From positions 1-30,070 of the forward strand of contig JBHLME010000051.1 of assembly GCA_048938445.1 (NCBI GenBank): a stretch of 30,070 bases of DNA, read 5' to 3'. Each line of letters begins with the position of its first letter. Positions within the stretch are counted from its first letter, which is position 1. Source of the DNA: Promethearchaeota archaeon. Its GTDB lineage: Archaea > Asgardarchaeota > Lokiarchaeia > Sigyniarchaeales > SOKP01. The notes beneath the pieces are model-generated. The model had not been told where the DNA came from and did no database searches. It saw only the letters and a list, made by a program, of their open reading frames with translations. Position numbers and translations under genes: made by a program. Of this stretch, positions 10,145-18,292 are shown piece by piece.

Positions 10145-10819
10145 TTAAAATAGACCTAAAGCATAAGCTAGAATGCTGAATTTTGCGATAAATATAAGGA
10201 TAAATACAAATATCCAAGTTAATGAGTAACCAATGAATTTGCCGATATATTTTTTCTCTTTAGGATCTATAGAAAAAGCTAGTATGTGTGGAGCTGTTGC
10301 TACAATAAATACTTGAGTGTAAACGATAGGTGCTGAAATGTTGTAAAATGTCATAAATTCAGAAGCTCCAGGTTGTATTCCTATTGCAAAATAAGCAGAA
10401 ATTACGAACATCTCTAAAAAAAGTAATAATACCATTGTAAAAATTATCGAAAATATTCTAATTATTTTTGTCCCTATAAAATTTCCTGATCTTTGCAATG
10501 CACTTTCTTTACTGTTGTCTTTGGACGCTAAGAACATAATAAATCTGACCAATTCATACCCGTCAATATTCAATTTCAAGAATGCTACAATAAAAATGGA
10601 AATGTAGAGAAATCGAAGAGGAGAATTTATTAATACAGAATAGAATATAGGGAATTCTAAGTATGGTACGATTGCCAACAACATCGATATTATTATGATA
10701 TTAGAACTAACTGATATTCCGAAAACAATGAAATACATTATTTTAAATGCCAATAAATTCGCTTTTGTTTCTATTATTTTCGTTTCTTTCAATGTTCTTT
10801 CTTCACTTTGACTTATCAT
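10145..10819 (-). CDS. Uncharacterised 5-TM membrane protein, paralog 1 of 3
   Basis: Five hydrophobic segments; shares YELVRF..FL, R..G.FIG.KIIRIF and QVF..A.APH...FS with the two neighbouring ORFs. Confidence 0.85.
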   Translation of the reverse strand: MISQSEERTLKETKIIETKANLLAFKIMYFIVFGISVSSNIIIISMLLAIVPYLEFPIFYSVLINSPLRFLYISIFIVAFLKLNIDGYELVRFIMFLASKDNSKESALQRSGNFIGTKIIRIFSIIFTMVLLLFLEMFVISAYFAIGIQPGASEFMTFYNISAPIVYTQVFIVATAPHILAFSIDPKEKKYIGKFIGYSLTWIFVFILIFIAKFSILAYALGLF

Positions 10820-10966
10820 CCTAAACCACTCATTATTATTTTTGATTTGTTTTGATTTCTTTAATTTTTTTAATTTAAACTTCGTTAATGGATAAGTTTT
10901 CGGGATTTAAATGCAATTTCTTATTGAAAACTTTAAATAAAAAAAATTAAAATGTATATATAAAAT

Positions 10967-10987
10967 AATATGGACTGATTTTTTACA
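10967..10987 (-). promoter_or_regulatory. Shared promoter element copy 1 (TGTAAAAAATCAGTCCATATT), directly upstream of a TATA box
   Basis: The + strand reads aatatggactgattttttaca; followed on the minus strand by ATTTTATATA; about 148 nt from the start at 10819. Confidence 0.75.
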
Positions 10988-11167
10988 AAAAAAGCAAATT
11001 ATAAAAAAACTCGTTCAGACATGACTTTATACCCTTTTTTATTAACTTATAACATCTTATATAATCTCTTAAGGTTATAACATAACAAAGATTTTTTAAC
11101 TTAATCCTGGAAATACTTGTACAAAATAAACTTTCTTAATTTAGTCTTAATCAAAAATTTAAATTCT

Positions 11168-11181
11168 AAAAAAAAAAAAAA
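11168..11181 (-). terminator. Oligo-T archaeal terminator
   Basis: 14-nt A run on + (T14 on -) immediately after the stop codon of 11182..11859. Confidence 0.6.
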
Positions 11182-11859
11182 TTAAAATACTTTAAAATAG
11201 AACATAAAAATACCATATTTGAAAGTCAATATTAGTATTAATATAGATATCCAAGTTAATGAATAAGCAATGAATTTACCCATATATTTATTATTCCTAG
11301 GTTCAATTGAAAATTTTAGTATGTGTGGAGCTGTCGCTGTAATAAATACTTGAATGTAGACGAAAGGTACGAAAATGAGGTAAAATGGTATAAATCCAAC
11401 CGCTTCAGGCATAAATTCTATTGTTAGGTACGTGTATACTACACTAAACTCCAAAGCGATTAATAATATCATCGTAAAAACAATAGAAAAGATTCTAATT
11501 ATTTTTGATCCAATAAAATCTCCTGATCTTTGCAATGCACTTTCTTTACTATTATCTTTAGATGCTAAGAATATTATATATCTCACTAATTCATACCCAT
11601 CAACTATCAGTTTTAAAAATGCTACAATAAGAATGTCAATGTATAGAAATCGTAAAGGAGAATCTATTAATAGATAATATAAACCAGGATATTCCAAAAA
11701 TGGCACGATTTCCAATAATCCAAATATTATTACGATATTAGAACTTAATGTTAATGCGAAAATTATGAAATTTATAATTTTAAATGCTAATAAATTTGCT
11801 TTTTTTTCTGTTAATTCCAGTGCTCGTTCTTCACTTCTTTCTTCAGTTTGACTTATCAT
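11182..11859 (-). CDS. Uncharacterised 5-TM membrane protein, paralog 2 of 3
   Basis: Highly similar to 10145..10819, e.g. identical FLASKDNSKESALQRSG. Confidence 0.85.
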   Translation of the reverse strand: MISQTEERSEERALELTEKKANLLAFKIINFIIFALTLSSNIVIIFGLLEIVPFLEYPGLYYLLIDSPLRFLYIDILIVAFLKLIVDGYELVRYIIFLASKDNSKESALQRSGDFIGSKIIRIFSIVFTMILLIALEFSVVYTYLTIEFMPEAVGFIPFYLIFVPFVYIQVFITATAPHILKFSIEPRNNKYMGKFIAYSLTWISILILILTFKYGIFMFYFKVF

Positions 11860-12004
11860 TCTAAACCACTAATTTTTTTTTGATTTGTTTTGATTTCATT
11901 AATTTTTTTAAATTCAATTTCGTTAATGGATAAGTTTTCTGGATTTAAATGCAAATTCATATTGAAAACTTTATATAAAAAAATATTAAATGCATATTTA
12001 AAAT

Positions 12005-12025
12005 AATATGGACGGATTTTTTACA
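12005..12025 (-). promoter_or_regulatory. Shared promoter element copy 2 (TGTAAAAAATCCGTCCATATT)
   Basis: The + strand reads aatatggacggattttttaca; followed on the minus strand by ATTTTAAATA. Confidence 0.75.
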
Positions 12026-12055
12026 AAAAATTTGATTTTAATGAAAGCAATATAT

Positions 12056-12727
12056 TTAATACACTATAAACCATCTTAGATCAAAGAAATTTATGAAAAG
12101 GAGTACAGCTATCCAAATATTTGAATAAACTATTATTTTAGTTATATATTGTCTTTTCTTATAATCTAAAGAAAAGGACATTAAATGTGGTGCTATAGCT
12201 TGAGTAAATACTTGAACACAGATAACCGGAGCAAATATCATATAAAATAACATAAATTCTGGAATCCCAAAATCTGAAGCTTCTGGTGGTCGAGGTCCTG
12301 ATAAAAATGCATCTGCTACTATTATACAAATTTTCATTACAATTATTAAAATAACCATAAAAACGAGGTAAAAAATTCTAATAATTTTAGTCCCTATAAA
12401 ACCCTTAGCTCTATGAATCGCACCCTCTGCATCCTTAATATTAGTTTTTAAGAATAACATAAATCTTACTAATTCATAAATGCTAACATTCATATTTATG
12501 AATGTTATTGTAATAATTATAATATATAGAGTCAGAGTATAATCAAAAAATATCCAGCGGAAAAGAGGGTAATCTAATTTTGGTGCAATCGTGAAAAATA
12601 TTGAGAGTATTATGATATTAAGGCTAAATGTTATTATAAAAATACAAAAATATAAGATCTGGAGCGCATTGAAATTTACTTTAATTTTTCGTTCTTTGAT
12701 CGTCTTTTTTTCCTGTTGACTTAACAT
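12056..12727 (-). CDS. Uncharacterised 5-TM membrane protein, paralog 3 of 3 (most divergent)
   Basis: Keeps YELVRFMLFL, HRAKGFIGTKIIRIF and QVFTQAIAPHLMSFS; has a Pro-rich loop insertion GPRPPEASDFG. Confidence 0.85.
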   Translation of the reverse strand: MLSQQEKKTIKERKIKVNFNALQILYFCIFIITFSLNIIILSIFFTIAPKLDYPLFRWIFFDYTLTLYIIIITITFINMNVSIYELVRFMLFLKTNIKDAEGAIHRAKGFIGTKIIRIFYLVFMVILIIVMKICIIVADAFLSGPRPPEASDFGIPEFMLFYMIFAPVICVQVFTQAIAPHLMSFSLDYKKRQYITKIIVYSNIWIAVLLFINFFDLRWFIVY

Positions 12728-12858
12728 CCTGAATCCCTTATTTATTTGTGATTATATTTTTTTTTAATTAGATTTCGCTATATAGAAGCATTTTAAATTA
12801 ATATGACCTATTTATTTAGAACTTTATTATAATAAAACAATTAGTATATATTTAAAAT

Positions 12859-12879
12859 AATATGGACTGATTTTTTACA
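12859..12879 (-). promoter_or_regulatory. Shared promoter element copy 3
   Basis: The + strand reads aatatggactgattttttaca; followed on the minus strand by ATTTTAAATATA. Confidence 0.75.
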
Positions 12880-13068
12880 TAAAAATTAGCGAAAAAAGTT
12901 ATCAAAATATGTTAATATATTTTTCATAATAATTACTTCATCCTATAATGCGGTCGGAGTTAAAACTATTTAAAAAAAAATGATTCATTATAAAATATTT
13001 TTATAGATTTTCCATAAAGTTTTTAATCTTTTCGTAGGAAAAAAAGAAATCAATTAATATTATTAAAC

Positions 13069-14481
13069 TCAATCATTGATAATATAAGGATCACATTTCC
13101 ACAGATCATTTAAATATCCCCAATCTCCATACTCGGGACACCCATAACCCCCAAAAAGCCAGAGATTATCATCGGAATCCGTCCAAGAAATGGCACTTTC
13201 TCTGCCCCCAGGATGAGTTTCCGTGTTTGGAATACCTTTCATACCATAGATGCCATATACTCCATTTGTTTTTTTTCCTGACATCCATGTCCAATTCACA
13301 CCATCATATTTCCATAAGTCGCTTAAATGTCCCCAACATCTTTGATCCAAAGATTGCCAACCTCCAAAAAGCCAGAGGTTATCATCCGAATCCGTCCAGG
13401 AAATGGAGTTTTTTCTGCATCCGGGAAAATTTGCTATATTTGGAATCCCCTTCGTACCATGAACGCCGCTTACACCACATGATTTGCTTCCCGACATCCA
13501 CGTCCAGTTCACACCGTCATATTTCCATAAATCATTTAAATATCCCCAGTCTCCATATTCGGGACACCCATAACCCCCAAAAAGCCAGAGATTATCATCG
13601 GAATCCGTCCAAGAAACAGCATTTTCTCTACCCCCGGGATAATTTAAAGAGTCTGGCACACCTCTCGTGCCATATACACCATTTACATCAGTAATTTTAC
13701 TTCCCGACATCCACGTCCAGTTCACGCCGTCATATCTCCAAAGGTCATTTAACCATAGAGAATGTCCATATTCCGGACGCCCATTACCTCCAAAAAGCCA
13801 GAGATTATCATCGGAATCCGTCCAAGAAATGGCATATTCTCTACCCCCGGGACAATTCAAAGAATTTGGCACACCTCTCGTTCCATATACGCCACTTACA
13901 CCACATAATGTGCTTCCTGACATCCACGTCCAGTTCACGCCGTCATATCTCCATAAATCATTTAAAAAATCTACAGTATACCGCTCTGAACGTCCTCCAA
14001 AAAGCCAGAGATTATCATCGGAATCCGTCCAAGAAACGGCACCTTCTCTACCCCCGGGACAATTTGAAGAGTCTGACACACCTTTCGATCCATATACACC
14101 ATTTACATCTGCAATTTTACTTCCCGACATCCACGTCCAGTTCACGCCGTCATATTTCCATAAATCATTTAAATATCCCTGTTCTCCCGTTTCTGGATAC
14201 CCATAACCTCCAAAGAGCCAGAGATTATCATTAGAATCTGTCCAAGAAACGGCACCCTTTCTACTCCCAGGATAATTATTTGCGCTTGGAACACCTTTCA
14301 AACCATACACACCATTTAGATTAACTGTATTACTTCCCGAAATCCACATCCATTCAATGTAGGAATAATCATTAGGAAAAAAAGTAGAAACGTAGAAAGA
14401 TCCTAAGATTCCAAGAGATGTTCCACCCATGATCAAACCGATAAAAATTGCTATATACTTTTTTCCACTTCCATTTACCAT
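13069..14481 (-). CDS. Membrane-anchored/secreted kelch-repeat beta-propeller protein (6 blades)
   Basis: N-terminal KK plus hydrophobic helix; six ~71-aa repeats W.WMSG...GVYG..G.P....PG.R..A.SWTDSDDNLWLFGG....L.DLW.YD with the kelch GG/Y/W signature. Confidence 0.9.
   Translation of the reverse strand: MVNGSGKKYIAIFIGLIMGGTSLGILGSFYVSTFFPNDYSYIEWMWISGSNTVNLNGVYGLKGVPSANNYPGSRKGAVSWTDSNDNLWLFGGYGYPETGEQGYLNDLWKYDGVNWTWMSGSKIADVNGVYGSKGVSDSSNCPGGREGAVSWTDSDDNLWLFGGRSERYTVDFLNDLWRYDGVNWTWMSGSTLCGVSGVYGTRGVPNSLNCPGGREYAISWTDSDDNLWLFGGNGRPEYGHSLWLNDLWRYDGVNWTWMSGSKITDVNGVYGTRGVPDSLNYPGGRENAVSWTDSDDNLWLFGGYGCPEYGDWGYLNDLWKYDGVNWTWMSGSKSCGVSGVHGTKGIPNIANFPGCRKNSISWTDSDDNLWLFGGWQSLDQRCWGHLSDLWKYDGVNWTWMSGKKTNGVYGIYGMKGIPNTETHPGGRESAISWTDSDDNLWLFGGYGCPEYGDWGYLNDLWKCDPYIIND
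13090..14350 (-). repeat. Intragenic tandem repeat, six units of 213 bp (one spacing of 207 bp)
   Basis: Anchor ccaaa(a/g)agccagag starts at 13151, 13364, 13577, 13790, 13997 and 14210. Confidence 0.92.
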
Positions 14482-14570
14482 TTTTAAACATTACCTGTAT
14501 TTTGACTTTATTTTGCTTTTTTTTATAATTTCGACATTTGGTTTATTATCCATGTGATTATATTTAAAAC

Positions 14571-14591
14571 AATATGGAAGGATTTTTTACA
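14571..14591 (-). promoter_or_regulatory. Shared promoter element copy 4 (kelch gene)
   Basis: The + strand reads aatatggaaggattttttaca; followed on the minus strand by GTTTTAAATATA; 90 nt from the ATG at 14481. Confidence 0.72.
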
Positions 14592-14719
14592 AAAAAAAAA
14601 AGTAAATAACAAAAAACTTGGGCAGATAGGTTTTGTCCACTATTTTATTAATATGTAACATCTTTTGATTTCTTAAACCTATAACTTATCAGACATTTTA
14701 TCTCATTTATGGTATTATT

Positions 14720-14740
14720 TGTAAAAAATTAGTCCATATT
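14720..14740 (+). promoter_or_regulatory. Shared promoter element copy 5 (inverted; faces the Zn-ribbon membrane gene)
   Basis: TGTAAAAAATTAGTCCATATT on + followed by GATTTATTAA (TATA-like); 96 nt from the ATG at 14836. Confidence 0.72.
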
Positions 14741-14835
14741 GATTTATTAATGAACTTGGAATTATTTTTAATAAGGAATTATTTTAACATAAAAGCGAAA
14801 CCAAAAGATAGAAAAAATAATGAAAGTGAATTAAC

Positions 14836-15879
14836 ATGTATGATTTTTGTATTAAATGTGGTGAAAAAAAATTAGAGGATAATACTAATTATTGCTTGAA
14901 ATGTGGGAGCCCTCTTTTCCCCAAAAGTCAAAATAACAAATCTACTATTCTTTTACTAGAATCTGTTGATCAAGATGATCAACCTAACCAATTAGAGGAG
15001 TTAAATGGCAAAATTCATGATGTTTATGTTAAAAATAAAAAAAGAGTTTACATTGGTGCGGTTCTATTTTTAGTTGCATTAACCTTAGACCTTACTATAT
15101 TTAATAGAGCTATATCTTCAATTTCAGTTATTCCAATTGAACCAATAATGGTAATTGCGGTTATAATCATTTTAACAGGTCTTAGAAGAAAAGGGAAAGG
15201 AATAATGTTAAACTTAATTGGAGTAGTATTAGTTGTATTGACATCTTTAATAGTTATATTTTATAATGTGTCTCCTGAATTTGTCGAATTGAAGATAGAT
15301 ATAGGTTTTATATTAATAATTATATGGGTAATTGCCTTTCATTTGCCCGGAATGTGGATTTTAATGAATAAAGGTAAAAATAGATTTTTATTACTTATAC
15401 TTAGTCTTATATTTTGTACTATATTATCATCGATGCCGTTATTTCTATTCCTTCCAATTGAATGGTTGGATTTATCATTTTTTATAAGTGCTCTTCTATT
15501 AGGCTTTTGGATTTTACTTATTGTAATTCCAGGGTATTATCTTTTAAAGAAGAATGAAAAAAAAATTAAATGGATTCTTTGGTTAGATTTAATTGGTATA
15601 ATGATATATGTAGGAATGGTAATTTATATTCCTATAAAGTATAGCACCTCTACAATTTATACTCCTGGTTATATCCCCCCACCTTGGTTTGAACTTCCAG
15701 ATTTGAACTTTCGAGACTTTTTTTTCGATAATTTATGGAATAACATTCTAATTGGATTTGGTATAGGTTTTGCTATATTTTGTGGTGTTTTATTGTTAAT
15801 AGTTGGTATTGGTATAGCTTTTGAGGATCTAATAGACAATATTAAGACCTATAATAGGAAGAAATCTAAAAATAATTAA
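14836..15879 (+). CDS. Zinc-ribbon-containing polytopic membrane protein
   Basis: N-terminal CIKCG...NYCLKCG zinc ribbon, polar linker, then about 8 hydrophobic helices. Confidence 0.85.
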   Translation: MYDFCIKCGEKKLEDNTNYCLKCGSPLFPKSQNNKSTILLLESVDQDDQPNQLEELNGKIHDVYVKNKKRVYIGAVLFLVALTLDLTIFNRAISSISVIPIEPIMVIAVIIILTGLRRKGKGIMLNLIGVVLVVLTSLIVIFYNVSPEFVELKIDIGFILIIIWVIAFHLPGMWILMNKGKNRFLLLILSLIFCTILSSMPLFLFLPIEWLDLSFFISALLLGFWILLIVIPGYYLLKKNEKKIKWILWLDLIGIMIYVGMVIYIPIKYSTSTIYTPGYIPPPWFELPDLNFRDFFFDNLWNNILIGFGIGFAIFCGVLLLIVGIGIAFEDLIDNIKTYNRKKSKNN

Positions 15880-16050
15880 AAAAAGCTTTTTAGATTATAT
15901 TAAATTATCTAAATTTTTCATTTTTTATTTATTTATTCATTCTATAACCTCTATTGTAGTTTTTGATAAATATAGTTGAGTTTTACGTTATACATGACAA
16001 TTAGTTTAATTTATAATTCATTTAAGATTACATTTGTAAAATTTCTGCAA

Positions 16051-17358
16051 TTATTCAGGTGATTGTTCTTCTGCGTCTTCATCAAAATTTATTTCTTTTT
16101 CATCCTTTAATTCCTTGTATAACTCTAAAAAATCATCATGAGAACTCACGGGCGAGCGAATTAATTCAGCTTTAATCTGTTCCAAGTCCTCCTCGTTCTG
16201 AAAAATCTGATTATATTTATCATTAAGCTGTAAGGGAATTTTCGCATACTCCTTTGAGACCAAGAGAGGGTGGCGTTCAGTCGGGATGATTCTGTAAGGG
16301 AAATTCGAGAAATATTTGTCAATGAGTAAATAAGCAGGTTCATAACGTTTCTTGTCCTTACAAGAGGTCTTTAAAAGGTATTCAAATTGCTCTTCAAAAT
16401 CGATGGTAAAATTTTTGACACAATCTCGTAGAAGAATCGAAGATTTAGAGGTTGCTAAACCAACCGTGATGAATTTAGAATCATATACTATTAAAATACC
16501 TTCCTGCAAGTTGATATCTAATAGTCGCCCCACATGCATCACCTTCTCGCTCATTATTTGCACAGCATTTATGAATCCCGCGAAAATATTTTCACCTATT
16601 TCAGATTCGGACCAATCATGATCAAATAAGGGAAAACCATCATGATCCTTTACCACAATCCTGTGGACGATGAACGGAAGGATATAGAATAATTTGGGTT
16701 CCATTATGAAAATATAGATAAAAACAGACCATCCTATTATCAAAATTATATCAGAGAATATAACAAATGTAGGATGTAAATATATAAGAAATAAAAATAT
16801 CAAACTATTGGGTAAAATTAACAGTGTTGTAATAAGTAGAATCGATGCTTCTTTTTTATATAAGAATGGAGTGTTATTCCAAACTAAAATACTCCAATAT
16901 AATAGAAAAATAAATAATATTAATGTGTATATAACAACTAAAAAATCAAATATACCTATAGATGCAAATTTAGTATAACCAAAAATAGGAACACTAATTT
17001 GCTCTATCGAATCAGGTAAAAAAGCGAAAATTACGAAAATAGGACTAAATACGCATGTTATAATCAATTCAGTAGAATATATTGTCTCTTTTTTTGACAA
17101 GCTTATAAAAAGTATAAAAAATATTAAAAGAGGTATATAAAATAAAAAAGATAATTGACTAAGAAACACAATTAAAAATAAGTCCGCCAGACCTTCAAAG
17201 AGCCAAGTTAAAAACATAAATAAAAAAGTTAATTTAATTGCGATTAATGATTTAAATTTAATATCTCTGAGTTTCAAATGAAAAATAACTAATCCTAATA
17301 ACATTATGAATGCAGCACAAAAATTAATAATTATTTCAATAGACCAGTTTATTGCCAT
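16051..17358 (-). CDS. 7TM-longin fusion membrane protein, copy A
   Basis: Seven hydrophobic helices in the first ~220 aa, then a longin-like domain (HRIVVKDHDGFPLFDHDW...IFAGFINAVQIMS...LLDINLQEGILIVYDSKFITVGLAT...LRDCVKNFTIDFEEQF) and an acidic tail. GAGGT SD site overlaps the upstream stop. Confidence 0.8.
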   Translation of the reverse strand: MAINWSIEIIINFCAAFIMLLGLVIFHLKLRDIKFKSLIAIKLTFLFMFLTWLFEGLADLFLIVFLSQLSFLFYIPLLIFFILFISLSKKETIYSTELIITCVFSPIFVIFAFLPDSIEQISVPIFGYTKFASIGIFDFLVVIYTLILFIFLLYWSILVWNNTPFLYKKEASILLITTLLILPNSLIFLFLIYLHPTFVIFSDIILIIGWSVFIYIFIMEPKLFYILPFIVHRIVVKDHDGFPLFDHDWSESEIGENIFAGFINAVQIMSEKVMHVGRLLDINLQEGILIVYDSKFITVGLATSKSSILLRDCVKNFTIDFEEQFEYLLKTSCKDKKRYEPAYLLIDKYFSNFPYRIIPTERHPLLVSKEYAKIPLQLNDKYNQIFQNEEDLEQIKAELIRSPVSSHDDFLELYKELKDEKEINFDEDAEEQSPE

Positions 17359-17374
17359 TTTATTTACAATACCT

Positions 17375-18130
17375 CTACATTTCCATTGATATTAAATTAA
17401 CTTCCTGATTATTTTGCATATTATTTACAATATTAGTAATCACTTCACTTATTAAAGCCCTTTTATTCAATTTTATGGATAATCTCTTCTCACCTTCAGG
17501 TGAAGGGGATATTATTCCATATTTTGTTAATTTCTTTAAACGATAATAAACCTTTTCCCTTTCAAGATTCAATTCTTTGTATATAATTGCTCTATTTATC
17601 TCTTTTTTATCTAGTATTAATTTAACTATAGCCCTATTTAAACCATCACTTAAGATGAAATAAAGCATTCCTTCCTCATCGCTCACCTCAACGGGAAGAA
17701 AAATAGTATAATTATTTACTTTTACCTTTTTTACTAAATTGAATTTGATTAATTTTTCTAAGTGCCAAACTAAATGACCAACACCTATTTCATGATCTTT
17801 ATATCTCGCACACGTCTCTTTTAACGAGGAAAAATGGATTCCTATATTAGTCTTAATAATCCTGTAAATAAATTGTCGAAAGTTATTCTTTAAAATCGTC
17901 TCATTCGTGAATCTTGATCCATCTACTAATATTTTTCTATTTATTAGCATTTGAATAATAGTTTTAAGCCCACTACGAGGAATTTTTAATTTTTTCTTAG
18001 CTCTATTGTATAATAATTCGGTATTGATTAACCTGTGTTCTTTGGTGAGCTCTACCGCAACATCTATTACTTGTTGAACAGTTGGGTGGTCTAATCCTAA
18101 AGAAAGAGGATACTTTTTCTCTATACACAT
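17375..18130 (-). CDS. Multi-winged-helix (COG3398-like) transcription regulator, copy A
   Basis: RQFIYRIIKTNIGIHFSSL...GHLVWHLEKL and RAIVKLIL...EREKVYYRLKKL wHTH domains plus an N-terminal wH. Start moved to ATG 18130 (MCIEKKYPLSL), which gives 251 aa, the same length as the paralog. Confidence 0.85.
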   Translation of the reverse strand: MCIEKKYPLSLGLDHPTVQQVIDVAVELTKEHRLINTELLYNRAKKKLKIPRSGLKTIIQMLINRKILVDGSRFTNETILKNNFRQFIYRIIKTNIGIHFSSLKETCARYKDHEIGVGHLVWHLEKLIKFNLVKKVKVNNYTIFLPVEVSDEEGMLYFILSDGLNRAIVKLILDKKEINRAIIYKELNLEREKVYYRLKKLTKYGIISPSPEGEKRLSIKLNKRALISEVITNIVNNMQNNQEVNLISMEM

Positions 18131-18181
18131 TAGGCAATCATATATAATGGTGAGAATCGAATTGACATAAATGTAAATTGC

Positions 18182-18208
18182 ATATTGATATAAAATCGTT
18201 ATCAATAT
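18182..18208. promoter_or_regulatory. Inverted repeat ATATTGATA-N9-TATCAATAT overlapping a TATA-like box, candidate operator
   Basis: Perfect 9-bp arms; conserved at the equivalent position of the duplicated module (20400-20426). Confidence 0.55.
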
Positions 18209-18292
18209 TAATAAAGATTACTCATGATTAACTAATTGTTAGATATCAAATTTAATGATTATTTTAAAATATTAATAATTCAAATTTAGAGA

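Noticed and set aside
13227-14234. Repetitive plus-strand ORFs over the kelch gene
   Set aside because: Antisense by-products of the repeat; no independent signals.
13090-14350. Regular repeat with variable inserts resembling a CRISPR array or DGR target
   Set aside because: The period is 213 bp and in frame, encoding kelch blades. No cas or reverse transcriptase gene is in the window, and the variation includes indels and is not adenine-restricted by eye.
18131-18205. N-terminal extension of the wHTH ORF (276 aa in the track)
   Set aside because: The paralog starts at the residue equivalent to ATG 18130, and the extension covers the conserved promoter palindromes.
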